The translations under genes and the position numbers were made by a program. A stretch of 53,134 nt of DNA from a virus (lineage: Duplodnaviria; Caudoviricetes), in IMG/VR virus record IMGVR_UViG_3300045825_000032, positions 1 through 53,134 of that record; one strand, written 5' to 3'. Shown piece by piece: positions 18,168-27,644 of this stretch; position 1 is the first letter of the stretch, and each line of letters opens with the position of its first letter. The notes beneath the pieces were generated by a model that had not been told where the DNA came from, did no database searches, and saw only the letters and a list, made by a program, of their open reading frames with translations.

Positions 18168-19497
18168 CTAAAACTCCTTTATTAGCGTTAGGACCGACCG
18201 GTGTTTCTAGGTCTTGTTGTGAGAGGGTAATTGCAGATGTTGAACAAAGAACAAAGCCACTGGGTTCTGTGCCCTTCCATGTTGAAGGCCACATATTCTT
18301 TTGCCATGATTTGTTTTTAACAACACAATCAAATATACACCCAGTAGTAGCATACTCAATACACTCCTCCTCTTTAATTTTATCAGGGGCATATCTATGA
18401 CGAAGAACAACAGAAGGTTCATCTAGTGCCATAAGCCAAAGAAACATTCCATCCTTATCATCCACACCATTAATACAGGTAGCATCATAGGCATATGCCT
18501 CTACTGAGCAATCAGCAGGGATAACAGAGGTAATCTTTTCCCATTCAGTAACTGTACAATGTACCGCTTGTTTAGCACATTCCAGCATTTCTGTGGAGGT
18601 AAGAGCATTATCCCCAAATCCAACTACTAGGTTCATTGCTCTGTCTGCACAAGCATCCCGCCCTACATATCCTCCACGGGGACTATCATTCTGGTATGGG
18701 TGTCTATTCCACTTCCGTTCCTCATAGTCTTCCAAATCATATCCACAAGCATCAGGATAATATCCTGTAGTAATAGGAGCTACATATTTTGGTTTGATTT
18801 CAATTTTTGTATTAGTAACTCTCCATGATTTATCTACCAACTTATAGGAGCATTGAAGAAGCTCTGCTAGTTGAAAGGGTTTCTGTTTCCATACTAGATT
18901 CATCCGGTCCCCTACAAAATTCAACATAGCCAACTCAGAGGACCAAATCCATTCAGTATCTGTAGTCCCTACCCATAGAGGGCGTTGAGAATTCCGTAAG
19001 AAATTCACAGTTTCCTCCTCAAAGTTATACCAAATCAAGGCAAAGGCTCCATTAATAGTGTTAATGGCTACCTCTACCCCCTCTTTAGCAATCAAGTGGG
19101 CTATGGCATGACTATCCACATCAACATCAGCGTGTTGTTTATGGTCCCCCCATAGTGTACCATTATGGACAAGACAAATCTTATCATCCACTAGGAAAGG
19201 ATGGGCATTCTCATCAATGATATTACCCTTAGTGGCCTTTCGATTATGCCCAATGAGAGCACTACCATTAAGAATAGATAGCCGCATCAACTCATCATAA
19301 TCCTTATGACTCATGAACTCTTGTGCAGTACTTGCCTCCTTACTCAACCGAAGGGACCCATCGTTGGATACCAAGAAACTACCAGTGGAATCATCCCCCC
19401 TAAGGGTATCAACAAACAAAAGGGTTGAAAAGATTTCCTTCTGTCGTTGGGTAAATCCATTGGTATATTTACTAATAACTCCTACAAGTCCACACAT
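18157..19497 (-). CDS. Class II (Ntn) glutamine amidotransferase
   Basis: MCGLVG, RG.DSTG, GHNR.AT, NAHPF, HNG and DS motifs. Confidence 0.9.
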   Translation of the reverse strand: MCGLVGVISKYTNGFTQRQKEIFSTLLFVDTLRGDDSTGSFLVSNDGSLRLSKEASTAQEFMSHKDYDELMRLSILNGSALIGHNRKATKGNIIDENAHPFLVDDKICLVHNGTLWGDHKQHADVDVDSHAIAHLIAKEGVEVAINTINGAFALIWYNFEEETVNFLRNSQRPLWVGTTDTEWIWSSELAMLNFVGDRMNLVWKQKPFQLAELLQCSYKLVDKSWRVTNTKIEIKPKYVAPITTGYYPDACGYDLEDYEERKWNRHPYQNDSPRGGYVGRDACADRAMNLVVGFGDNALTSTEMLECAKQAVHCTVTEWEKITSVIPADCSVEAYAYDATCINGVDDKDGMFLWLMALDEPSVVLRHRYAPDKIKEEECIEYATTGCIFDCVVKNKSWQKNMWPSTWKGTEPSGFVLCSTSAITLSQQDLETPVGPNANKGVLVVH

Positions 19498-19498
19498 A

Positions 19499-20701
19499 TT
19501 ATGTATTCCTTTCTATTTCATATTCATTTAATTCTCTAATTGCTGCTGTATATTGAGCATCTGCCGCCTGTATTTCCGCTATATTACCCGCCAACATTCT
19601 CCGAGTCTGATGCTCCCTTGCTAGTAATTCCCTTTGATTCATGGGCCTTGGAGCTGGAGGGATAACATACTCTGTTCCAGTATGGCCTGTTAGTTCCGTT
19701 CCGTCTATGCGTCTAGCCGCTGTATCCCAACGCACAGCATTGTATTGTGTTCCTGCCGCAACACCTAGATTATGTAGACCTCCCTCCCTTAACCCCAGTA
19801 TTGCTTCTTCTTTAGAGATAGCTTTCTTTTTAGGAGGAACCACTACTTCCCGTTTATCTGGGTCAAATCCTACCAATGAGTACTTAGCTTGAATAACTCC
19901 ATCCTGTAGAGCGAGGCGATACTTATCATTGTAAGGAAGGAACCCATTAAAGACAGAATCAAAATACCGATTGTATTGAGAGCTATCATTCAATGTTGTA
20001 ATATCAGTAAAGATTTCATCAAAGGAAGATGATTTAGCCTTATACAGCAGGTGGCTAATAATATTCAACCATGTAGTAATCTTTGCTATATCCGCCGTAC
20101 CGTGCATATGTCGAAACTCTACTGTCCCCTGCTTAAGAATTGGTAGAAGATTCAATGCGGTATATTTTTGCCAGCGTTTTAATGTATCTGTTCCCTCTGT
20201 ATACAGCCCATTAATAAGTTTGTGATTCATTAGACATTGGGACCAAGGAATACAGTAGAGATTGGTGTCTCGATGCCCTCCTACAAACTCAAACAGAACC
20301 TGCTCAATAGTCTGGTAGCACAGAGCAAGACTAGATAACTGGTCCACAGTCATATCCACAACATTAGCATGAACATGGATACTACAGCGGTCAGTGAAAT
20401 TAGTCTCTGTGAATCCAGTCTGAGTGTAGAAGTAGTTAACACTGTTAATAAGACTTATAGCATTCATGGGCTTGGAGATAAACTCAAAGGCCCTACCACG
20501 AAGGGAAGAGTCATTAGTCACCAACCATTGATGAGCATCCAATGCAGCATGGTATGAATCAGCTCCATGACGACAATTTTCTACCTCAATCTCCATACCA
20601 AGAATCTGAGCTTGGTGAGGAATCTCTGGAGTCTTGCTGGTATATGTCAGAGGCATCTTGATGCCATAGATACTACCGATATTCGGTTCAGGTTTTTTCA
20701 T
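19499..20701 (-). CDS. Putative amidoligase (glutamine synthetase-like COOH-NH2 ligase)
   Basis: GMEIEVE, DSSL, EFIS, SIHVH, KY.ALN and TVEFR motifs. Confidence 0.8.
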   Translation of the reverse strand: MKKPEPNIGSIYGIKMPLTYTSKTPEIPHQAQILGMEIEVENCRHGADSYHAALDAHQWLVTNDSSLRGRAFEFISKPMNAISLINSVNYFYTQTGFTETNFTDRCSIHVHANVVDMTVDQLSSLALCYQTIEQVLFEFVGGHRDTNLYCIPWSQCLMNHKLINGLYTEGTDTLKRWQKYTALNLLPILKQGTVEFRHMHGTADIAKITTWLNIISHLLYKAKSSSFDEIFTDITTLNDSSQYNRYFDSVFNGFLPYNDKYRLALQDGVIQAKYSLVGFDPDKREVVVPPKKKAISKEEAILGLREGGLHNLGVAAGTQYNAVRWDTAARRIDGTELTGHTGTEYVIPPAPRPMNQRELLAREHQTRRMLAGNIAEIQAADAQYTAAIRELNEYEIERNT

Positions 20702-21308
20702 ATTGATGAATCTCCATAGTTTGTTCACAATTACGAAGGGCATCTTTAATTTCAGTAAGGAACATATTCCCAGATTTATTTAATTCGATTCGTCCAAGGT
20801 GCTGAAGGACCGACCCAACAATCTCCTTAAATACACAGATACCAAAGGGTGTTATTGCAATACTAGGTGAGATTGCATAGCAATTAAATTTTCCTACTGT
20901 TTCCTTAAAAGGAAGAGCCTTCTCATACACAGGTAAGAGACTAGAAAAATCAATATGCACAGGATTAAATCCTCTCTCTGTTACTTTATATGCACGCATA
21001 TTAGCAGAACATACTCCTCGTTTAAATTGACGACTGGCGTGGCGTTCCATAAAAAACAACCCGTCAGAAGTATTGTAGAAAGCAGAGGCCGGAGGAAGGA
21101 ACTCAAATCCAATCTCTCGTGCAATATCAGCATTTACCTGATACTTAGTTCCCTTTTTATCGGAAAAGCTCACAGTTTTTTCCTCTTGGTCAATATGCTC
21201 CAAGAGAGCAAGGAACTTACGAGTTCCATCCACAGTATAGAAACCAAAGGTTCCTTCATAGCGCTGACGGAAATCAGCAGATGTTGCTGAGAAGAATTTC
21301 TCAAACAT
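20688..21308 (-). CDS. Hypothetical protein within the ligase cluster
   Basis: GGAGG precedes the ATG at 21308. Confidence 0.65.
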   Translation of the reverse strand: MFEKFFSATSADFRQRYEGTFGFYTVDGTRKFLALLEHIDQEEKTVSFSDKKGTKYQVNADIAREIGFEFLPPASAFYNTSDGLFFMERHASRQFKRGVCSANMRAYKVTERGFNPVHIDFSSLLPVYEKALPFKETVGKFNCYAISPSIAITPFGICVFKEIVGSVLQHLGRIELNKSGNMFLTEIKDALRNCEQTMEIHQYEKT

Positions 21309-22089
21309 GGATAACCTCCAATCCAAATTTAGATACCATTTCTTGAGCCAATCGTTTATCATTATTGTTAATTGTGTTGACGATGCTATCTCGATATTCA
21401 TCGAAAGGAAACTGTGCTTCCACAGCAGAGATTGCTCGTTCTGTATTTCTCCATACCCATTCAATCAAACGATCGTCAAAAATCCAGAAGTTTGACAGAG
21501 TACGATACTCAAGGCCATAAGGCTTATACCGGACTGCTCCAGCTTTACCATACAACAGCTTGCGTTTGTCGCCTTTGTCCATTAGGACCGACCCAATTCC
21601 TAGGTGCATATCCATAGCCTTACCTAATTGGTCTGCATTAACAGTGTTAACATCCTCCAAACCAATATGAATGTGTCCCCCACAAGAGCGAAGAGTTTTA
21701 TCTTCTGCCTCTGGTCGAGGATTCTTCTTACCCGTCCAAACATTGTAATCAGGGTCACAGCCAAAATTCAAGGCCGCATCCGATTGCAATTCAGATTCAG
21801 GGAAAGAAGCAGCACTCTCATTAATAATCTGGAAACCATAACGGTTTTTGATTACTCCAGAGAGGAAATCCAAGGTGGATTTAATATGACTAACATATTC
21901 TTCTGCACCAGATGCAGGAGGAATATTGAATTCCATAGCCACATTATCTTCCTGAACAGCAAATCCCTTCCCAAGTGGAAGGTCCAGAGGAAATGCCTTA
22001 CTACCACCAATCAAACCCACAGAAGATTTGAGATTACCCTGCAAATCCGCCATGAATACTTCTGGGTCACAGCCAAGTTTAAATTTCAT
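21301..22089 (-). CDS. phiEco32-like COOH-NH2 ligase type 2
   Basis: LGCDPEVF, QEDNV, FGCDPD, GGHIH and EYRTLSNFW motifs. Confidence 0.88.
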   Translation of the reverse strand: MKFKLGCDPEVFMADLQGNLKSSVGLIGGSKAFPLDLPLGKGFAVQEDNVAMEFNIPPASGAEEYVSHIKSTLDFLSGVIKNRYGFQIINESAASFPESELQSDAALNFGCDPDYNVWTGKKNPRPEAEDKTLRSCGGHIHIGLEDVNTVNADQLGKAMDMHLGIGSVLMDKGDKRKLLYGKAGAVRYKPYGLEYRTLSNFWIFDDRLIEWVWRNTERAISAVEAQFPFDEYRDSIVNTINNNDKRLAQEMVSKFGLEVIHV

Positions 22090-22450
22090 ACACCTCACCC
22101 TTTCCTTTGTAAATGTAAATGGTTAATCGACGCGGTTTACTTGGATAATTCGGATTACTAATCACCGGACTCTGATGAATCAAGTACTCAGAAAATCCTA
22201 AAGTCTCCAATTGTTTTTTTGCAATAGGTTGCATATCTGTTAGAATAAAAATCAATGTGGTATCAGAGATTTTTAATAGCTCCAATAACTCCAACCAAGT
22301 ATTAACTCTTGGAGCATCAATTGGTATCTCAAAAATATTATAACCCTTTGGAATAATCTGTACATCTGTATAGACCTTCTCAGAAAATACACTAATAATC
22401 ATGTTAACCGTTCCAATACATAATATGAAGTTTACAATCGGTATCCTCAA
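22079..22450 (-). CDS. Hypothetical protein
   Basis: ORF in operon; start uncertain. Confidence 0.5.
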   Translation of the reverse strand: MRIPIVNFILCIGTVNMIISVFSEKVYTDVQIIPKGYNIFEIPIDAPRVNTWLELLELLKISDTTLIFILTDMQPIAKKQLETLGFSEYLIHQSPVISNPNYPSKPRRLTIYIYKGKGEVYEI

Positions 22451-22751
22451 GAGTTACCACCACTTTTTCTGCATCTTTGGTAACATCCTCTGGAGGATAT
22501 AGTTTTGGAGGTACTTTATCTGGTCCCCATATGGTATCAGGGTCTTCAGTTACTCCTAAAATTCGATTTATCTTTTGGTATACCTCTAAACTATGACCAA
22601 CAGTGAGACTTCCACAACAATTTGAAAGACTCCCATAATCGAGTAGTAATCCGAAAGGAACTTTCTTCCTTTTCTTATAACCATGTAAAGTTATAGCACT
22701 CCTCTGATTAAATTTTGCTAAGATATCCTCTACTGCTTTGCGGTTTGACAT
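22404..22751 (-). CDS. Hypothetical protein with NCCG motif
   Basis: ORF in operon. Confidence 0.55.
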   Translation of the reverse strand: MSNRKAVEDILAKFNQRSAITLHGYKKRKKVPFGLLLDYGSLSNCCGSLTVGHSLEVYQKINRILGVTEDPDTIWGPDKVPPKLYPPEDVTKDAEKVVVTLEDTDCKLHIMYWNG

Positions 22752-23389
22752 AGGCGTTCCTTCATAGTTTCAAACACATACTGAGTAGCCTCAGTCCGTC
22801 CATCCATCATTTCAGGATGCCATTGGATAGCGAATCCTTTTACATCTTTGAAATAGACATACTCAGGTTCGTGCCAATCAGGACTTGGAGGAGTCCATAC
22901 TTGGTCGTCTTTATAAATATAATGAGAACTCAAGTTATTGGGTAGCCAAGCCAATAGCTCGTGGTTTGTCTTCTCCAATCCTGCCATCATTTGATGGTGA
23001 ATAGAGTTTGTGCTGAAGGACCGACCATTAACAGTGTTAACTGTGTGTCGCCCACCATGACCGCGTACATCTTGGATAAGATAACCACCAGCCAAGGCAC
23101 ATAACATTTGAGCACCACGACAGATACCAATGATAGGAATACCCATCTCTTTAGCACGTTGCATCAAGTCCCACTCAGCATGGTCCCGTGTAGGATAAGG
23201 ATAAGTAGACTTGGATTGGGGATGCTTATAGGTCCACGTACCAATGTCTGACCCACCCCATACTACCAACATGGAATCCTTTTCCTTCAAATCCTCTGGC
23301 AATCGTGCTGTAACAACAATCTTAACCAGAGCATCAAAGGGATGGGCATCCCCACCACTAAGCGCACTATATAGAATTTTTGCAATCAT
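22730..23389 (-). CDS. Class I glutamine amidotransferase / peptidase C26 (PuuD-like)
   Basis: GG.DI, GICRGAQ, NSIHHQ and QWHPE motifs. Confidence 0.9.
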   Translation of the reverse strand: MIAKILYSALSGGDAHPFDALVKIVVTARLPEDLKEKDSMLVVWGGSDIGTWTYKHPQSKSTYPYPTRDHAEWDLMQRAKEMGIPIIGICRGAQMLCALAGGYLIQDVRGHGGRHTVNTVNGRSFSTNSIHHQMMAGLEKTNHELLAWLPNNLSSHYIYKDDQVWTPPSPDWHEPEYVYFKDVKGFAIQWHPEMMDGRTEATQYVFETMKERLCQTAKQ

Positions 23390-23679
23390 ACAGGCAAGAT
23401 TCCTTCCTTAGAAATTTCTTTCAATGTCATTTCCCCTGCTGGGCGAATACCAGAACGATATGGTTTATAGGCTACCACTTCCATCCCCGGATTCCATTCT
23501 GTTAACAGTGTTAATGCACCATCAACAAACTTTTCATCCACTTCATACAGACGAGGAGTACCCCCATCATCAAAACCAACCTTATCTGTTGTAATGTAAT
23601 GACAATGCCGGTCAAGTCCCTCCAAATAGGTTTCCGCCCTATTGTTAGGAGTGTTAATCAGAATCAATACTTTAGCCAT
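23386..23679 (-). CDS. Hypothetical protein
   Basis: AGGAG RBS followed by ATG. Confidence 0.65.
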   Translation of the reverse strand: MAKVLILINTPNNRAETYLEGLDRHCHYITTDKVGFDDGGTPRLYEVDEKFVDGALTLLTEWNPGMEVVAYKPYRSGIRPAGEMTLKEISKEGILPV

Positions 23680-23680
23680 T

Positions 23681-24022
23681 TTACGCTCCTATAAAACGAA
23701 GTTTAGTTTCATACGTCTTTGCATACATAGTCTGCCCAGCCGCATTCCTTTTCTCCAGCTCTACTGTAATGTATGCTGGAAGGGACCCTTCGGGTCCTCC
23801 TCTTGTCCATGTTACTTTATCCAAGTCCCTTTCAATGTTAGAGATACGACCATACACACGATTCTTCTTTGGTTTCTTGAACACAACCCGCTCCCCTACT
23901 TTAAGAACACAGCGGTTTAGGTGATGTTCCAACCGTGCCTTCCTACTCTCTAAGGTAAGCAGACCGGAGGAGTTCTGGGTCAGGTCCAGAGCCTTCGGTT
24001 TGAGCAGTTGTGTTGTTATCAT
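23681..24022 (-). CDS. Hypothetical protein (SH3/KOW-like)
   Basis: LKVGERVVF...GRI pattern. Confidence 0.55.
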   Translation of the reverse strand: MITTQLLKPKALDLTQNSSGLLTLESRKARLEHHLNRCVLKVGERVVFKKPKKNRVYGRISNIERDLDKVTWTRGGPEGSLPAYITVELEKRNAAGQTMYAKTYETKLRFIGA

Positions 24023-24386
24023 ATTTCTTTTCTTCCTCAGTTAGTTGACGCATATCATCAGGACAACGCCAAATTAAAGTACTACCGCGACTGAACCTAT
24101 CACCCAATACCCGAAGCCCCAAAGCTTTTGGAATTTTACGAACAGGGTCAATCTCAGCATCATAATGTAACTCTTGAATGTATTCCACAATATATGTAAA
24201 TGGTTCATGCCCTATTACATTAGGGAGCATCCTAAGAGTAACCTTATCCCCTATCTTGAAGGATTGCTTTACCGTTTCAATCCATCGAGAATAAACCAGC
24301 TTCCCCCAAGTAAGGTCTTCCAAGGTTCGTGTAGGTAAAGGTGCAGGGAGCATCCTAGGATGTTGTTGGTGGATGTGATTATACAT
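23943..24386 (-). CDS. Hypothetical protein
   Basis: FKIGDKV pattern; start revised to follow the upstream ORF. Confidence 0.5.
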   Translation of the reverse strand: MYNHIHQQHPRMLPAPLPTRTLEDLTWGKLVYSRWIETVKQSFKIGDKVTLRMLPNVIGHEPFTYIVEYIQELHYDAEIDPVRKIPKALGLRVLGDRFSRGSTLIWRCPDDMRQLTEEEKKYDNNTTAQTEGSGPDPELLRSAYLRE

Positions 24387-24399
24387 CCCCACTACCTTA

Positions 24400-24588
24400 C
24401 TAACAAACGACTTGTAGGGTTTCCGTAGTTCTTGTGTAATCATAGTTATTAACAGTGTTAATGAAAGCGTCTTCCCCGCTGGAGATATTACGCAGTTGAT
24501 GGGGTGCAGGACCGACCTTCTGTGGACCCTTTGGCATTTCGTGACACCAATCGCAATCCTGCATAATACAATGTTCACAGTGTTTCAT
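24400..24588 (-). CDS. Small Cys-rich protein
   Basis: CxxC...CxxC with an ATGA overlap. Confidence 0.5.
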   Translation of the reverse strand: MKHCEHCIMQDCDWCHEMPKGPQKVGPAPHQLRNISSGEDAFINTVNNYDYTRTTETLQVVC

Positions 24589-24863
24589 GATGGGTCTTTC
24601 TTAGTGGAGACAAGGGCAATACTTGGACTAGTCCCTTGTCGTGGTTCAAATGATATACTCAAATGATTACAAATACGATTAATCATTTCAATCGCAGTCA
24701 TTTTAAAACGAGTATCATGGTAACACATACCACTATACCCATTCCAGTCACCTACATAAGTCTTAGAGGCATAACTAAGCTCTACCACCTTTGCCTCTAA
24801 TTCCCTATAGGAAGTTTTAAGAGATTCAAACTCTTTTCTAGAAACTAATCCAAACATACTCAC
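24585..24863 (-). CDS. Hypothetical protein
   Basis: Coupled ORF. Confidence 0.55.
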   Translation of the reverse strand: MSMFGLVSRKEFESLKTSYRELEAKVVELSYASKTYVGDWNGYSGMCYHDTRFKMTAIEMINRICNHLSISFEPRQGTSPSIALVSTKKDPS

Positions 24864-25162
24864 TCCTTCGGAAGAAAATACTTGGTGCTGAAATCAAAGC
24901 TACCATGATGCCAGCTAGGGCTATCATTAGCTTCAGCAATCCGCGCCAATTCTTTTGGCAGATAGCGCAGAGGTAGCACCTTAACCGGTGCTTTAGAGGC
25001 CATGATACGGCCCGTATTGCGACAGTAATTATCTTTCTTACTGACAGGGGTGAATTGAACATCCACTTGTCCTACCTGTTCAGTATTTCCAGTGACCTTT
25101 ACGGTAGCACCACCTTTTTCCTCGTGATAACTCCGCAAATGAAAATAACGTATAACTTGCAT
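24860..25162 (-). CDS. Hypothetical phage protein
   Basis: RBS and S.KDNY.R..GR pattern. Confidence 0.6.
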   Translation of the reverse strand: MQVIRYFHLRSYHEEKGGATVKVTGNTEQVGQVDVQFTPVSKKDNYCRNTGRIMASKAPVKVLPLRYLPKELARIAEANDSPSWHHGSFDFSTKYFLPKE

Positions 25163-25171
25163 GATTAATCC

Positions 25172-25543
25172 TTACTTAATAAAGTTTTTCAATTCCAGCA
25201 ACAGCCATACTTTTGGAGCAAACCAAACAAGTAGCATATTGTTTAGATTATAGAGAATGAAAGGAACTCCGCATACTAAAGTGATTCCCCCCCCAAAGAG
25301 GGTAGCAGCACCACGGTCCACAGAATCTTTTATCTGTTTGACACTGCGGGAAGTTAGAATAAATCCAGCAACCAAGATAAAAATACCAACCAAAACCCAG
25401 AGGATTGTGGCTACCCTACCAAAAGCAAGGTACTGTAAGGCAATATCAGGTAATTGTTCAAGAATAAATGTTCCTGTTGTTTGAATACTACTTTGAATTG
25501 CATTGAGAATAGCTACCAGTTTGTTTTGTAAAGTTTCATTCAT
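25172..25543 (-). CDS. Membrane protein
   Basis: Two to three hydrophobic helices and an AGGAG RBS. Confidence 0.65.
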   Translation of the reverse strand: MNETLQNKLVAILNAIQSSIQTTGTFILEQLPDIALQYLAFGRVATILWVLVGIFILVAGFILTSRSVKQIKDSVDRGAATLFGGGITLVCGVPFILYNLNNMLLVWFAPKVWLLLELKNFIK

Positions 25544-25569
25544 TTCATTACTCCTATTAACAGTGTTAA

Positions 25570-26055
25570 TTAATCGTCTGAGGAACTAGAACTATCGCTA
25601 GAACTAGAATCAGACCCGCTATCCCAAGACCCAGAGGAACCACCACCAGCACCATCGCCACCACCACCAGATTGAAATGATGGTGTATCATCCGGTGGCG
25701 TGTAGGACCGACCTTCTGAATGATGATGTAGTACTTCATCCACTAATGCACCCACTACCATACCAGTAACAAAATCATTATTAGATGATTGTACTGGTAC
25801 AGGAGTTGGTTCTGGTACATAGGGTCTGGGTCTAGACACCACCCTACGGGGCTTGTCTTGGGCTTTATCTGGGGCCAGTGTGGGCTTATATGGAGTCAAT
25901 CTCCGCACTTGCTTAACACCCCCAAGTTTTGTGGGCAATGGCAATGGAATGTTCTTTTTCTTTTCTTCCTCAATACATCGCATAGTCTCACGATGTTTAA
26001 GGTAGATACCACACCCCACGCAGAGCAATAGAAACAACACAATCAATTCAAACAT
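25570..26055 (-). CDS. Membrane-anchored protein with a Ser/Gly/Asp-rich tail
   Basis: N-terminal TM helix, Pro-rich linker and low-complexity tail. Confidence 0.65.
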   Translation of the reverse strand: MFELIVLFLLLCVGCGIYLKHRETMRCIEEEKKKNIPLPLPTKLGGVKQVRRLTPYKPTLAPDKAQDKPRRVVSRPRPYVPEPTPVPVQSSNNDFVTGMVVGALVDEVLHHHSEGRSYTPPDDTPSFQSGGGGDGAGGGSSGSWDSGSDSSSSDSSSSSDD

Positions 26056-26056
26056 T

Positions 26057-26416
26057 TCAAACTCCTTTCTTAATTAACTGAACATCTTTCAACACACCAG
26101 TCTCACCATCAAAGATGGCCTTGATGTTTGGACCAGCCCCCGTAGGGTATGCACCACCGAGGTGGAGATAAAGAGTCTGAACAACATCAGGCTTTGGCTC
26201 AGGCTTGATACGATAGGTTTCTGAAATATTCCAAGTTGGACTATTCCTAACAACATCTCTCCAATCTCCACCAGAACACTGGTACTGAATCTTAGCACCA
26301 TCAGCCCATGCTTTAATCAATTCAGCATGAACATGGGGAGGATTGGGATAACCCTCTTTGCATCCCACATCATGCCTCTTTGCTTGGTCGCCGGTGAGTT
26401 GAATACATTTACACAT
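26057..26416 (-). CDS. Hypothetical phage protein
   Basis: HAELIKAWADGAKIQ...YRIKP pattern and an RBS. Confidence 0.65.
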   Translation of the reverse strand: MCKCIQLTGDQAKRHDVGCKEGYPNPPHVHAELIKAWADGAKIQYQCSGGDWRDVVRNSPTWNISETYRIKPEPKPDVVQTLYLHLGGAYPTGAGPNIKAIFDGETGVLKDVQLIKKGV

Positions 26417-26600
26417 GATTAACTCCTTTAATTAACACTGTTAACTGCTTTGCCATAGCTTGAGTCGATGGTCGGTCCTTACTTCCATGTGCCGGTCGAA
26501 TGTTACCGGAATGAATCAATACCTCACGAATAGCATTATCGGTACGACTGGGCAATGGTTTTTTGCCCGCATGACGATTGTTCAGATAGAAATGTTTCAT
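26409..26600 (-). CDS. Small basic early protein
   Basis: AGGAG RBS followed by ATG. Confidence 0.55.
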   Translation of the reverse strand: MKHFYLNNRHAGKKPLPSRTDNAIREVLIHSGNIRPAHGSKDRPSTQAMAKQLTVLIKGVNHV

Positions 26601-26758
26601 AATACAACTCCTTGTTTAAGTTTAAAATCCTCAACAGCACACTCAAGATAGATACGACGAGGGAATATTGAGGCAGCTCCAATAGTATTGTAGCCCTTCT
26701 CATATATTCTAACTCGTTTACTCAAGTAAGAAAATGGAATATGAATAGAATCACTCAT
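26597..26758 (-). CDS. Small early protein (53 aa, not in the ORF track)
   Basis: MSDSIHIPF...KQGVVL, coupled to neighbours on both sides. Confidence 0.5.
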   Translation of the reverse strand: MSDSIHIPFSYLSKRVRIYEKGYNTIGAASIFPRRIYLECAVEDFKLKQGVVL

Positions 26759-27041
26759 GCTCTTCTTCCTCTTCTTCAGTTACTTCCGTGTCAAACTCAC
26801 CTCGTATTAGTCCTGCAGTATACTCCCGATGTAGAACTTGCCAAAAGATTGCCCCTTGTGGGGTAGAACTAAAGGACATAGAATCAGACAAATCTCTCGC
26901 ATCCAAATCCAGATTGTTTGGATTCCTCTTATCATAGAGTACCCTTTTTAAAGCTGTAAACAATTGAGCTTTAGAGATACTGGTTATGTGTGGTGACACA
27001 TTCCGAAACAACCTTGATTCCACAATACTAGGTTTCTTCAT
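26751..27041 (-). CDS. Early protein with an acidic tail
   Basis: GGAG RBS and F..TPQG..FW pattern. Confidence 0.6.
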   Translation of the reverse strand: MKKPSIVESRLFRNVSPHITSISKAQLFTALKRVLYDKRNPNNLDLDARDLSDSMSFSSTPQGAIFWQVLHREYTAGLIRGEFDTEVTEEEEEEHE

Positions 27042-27066
27042 GTTAATTCTCCATTAACAGTGTTAA

Positions 27067-27267
27067 TTAAAACCAGAAGGCCATTGGAGAACGAAGACAT
27101 AGTGGTAAATCCCAGTATCTTTTTGGACATTGAAGATGAAAACCACCAGCACCCACACCCCAATTAATAGGGATAAATCCCCATTTATAGAAAGTCCATT
27201 GCCCCCTATCTTGTCCTTCAATCACCAATGTATCCCAATTGGAGAAGCAGTATTTAATCTTGTTCAT
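27067..27267 (-). CDS. Small early protein
   Basis: AAGGA RBS followed by ATG. Confidence 0.5.
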   Translation of the reverse strand: MNKIKYCFSNWDTLVIEGQDRGQWTFYKWGFIPINWGVGAGGFHLQCPKRYWDLPLCLRSPMAFWF

Positions 27268-27279
27268 GATGGTCGGTCC

Positions 27280-27390
27280 TTATTTCATCCAAATAATCTT
27301 CACACGCTTGGAAGAACCTTTGATTTCCTTCGCAACACGATAGGTAGAAACACAGCCAATCTCACGGGAACCACGGAAAATGTGATACAT
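27280..27390 (-). CDS. 36-aa early peptide (not in the ORF track)
   Basis: MYHIFRGSREIG...KIIWMK preceded by AGGTG. Confidence 0.45.
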   Translation of the reverse strand: MYHIFRGSREIGCVSTYRVAKEIKGSSKRVKIIWMK

Positions 27391-27477
27391 ATTAACACCT
27401 GTTAATTAAGTTAAACAAAATAGAATACATCGGAATGATGCACCCCAATATGCCTACATAATAGGCATATGGTGATG

Positions 27478-27594
27478 TTATCGCCCGTACAAACGATTAA
27501 AGAATCCATCTTTAGTTTTCTGTGGCACACAGCAAAACGATGGGTAATCCTCATGATAGAGGGTTAATAAAGCCTGATATTGTGCATCACTCAT
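27478..27594 (-). CDS. 38-aa early peptide (not in the ORF track)
   Basis: MSDAQYQALL...RLYGR preceded by AGGGGA. Confidence 0.45.
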   Translation of the reverse strand: MSDAQYQALLTLYHEDYPSFCCVPQKTKDGFFNRLYGR

Positions 27595-27644
27595 GTTATC
27601 CCCTTTAAGATTTTCATATCATACCTTTCATTTAATTAACAGGG

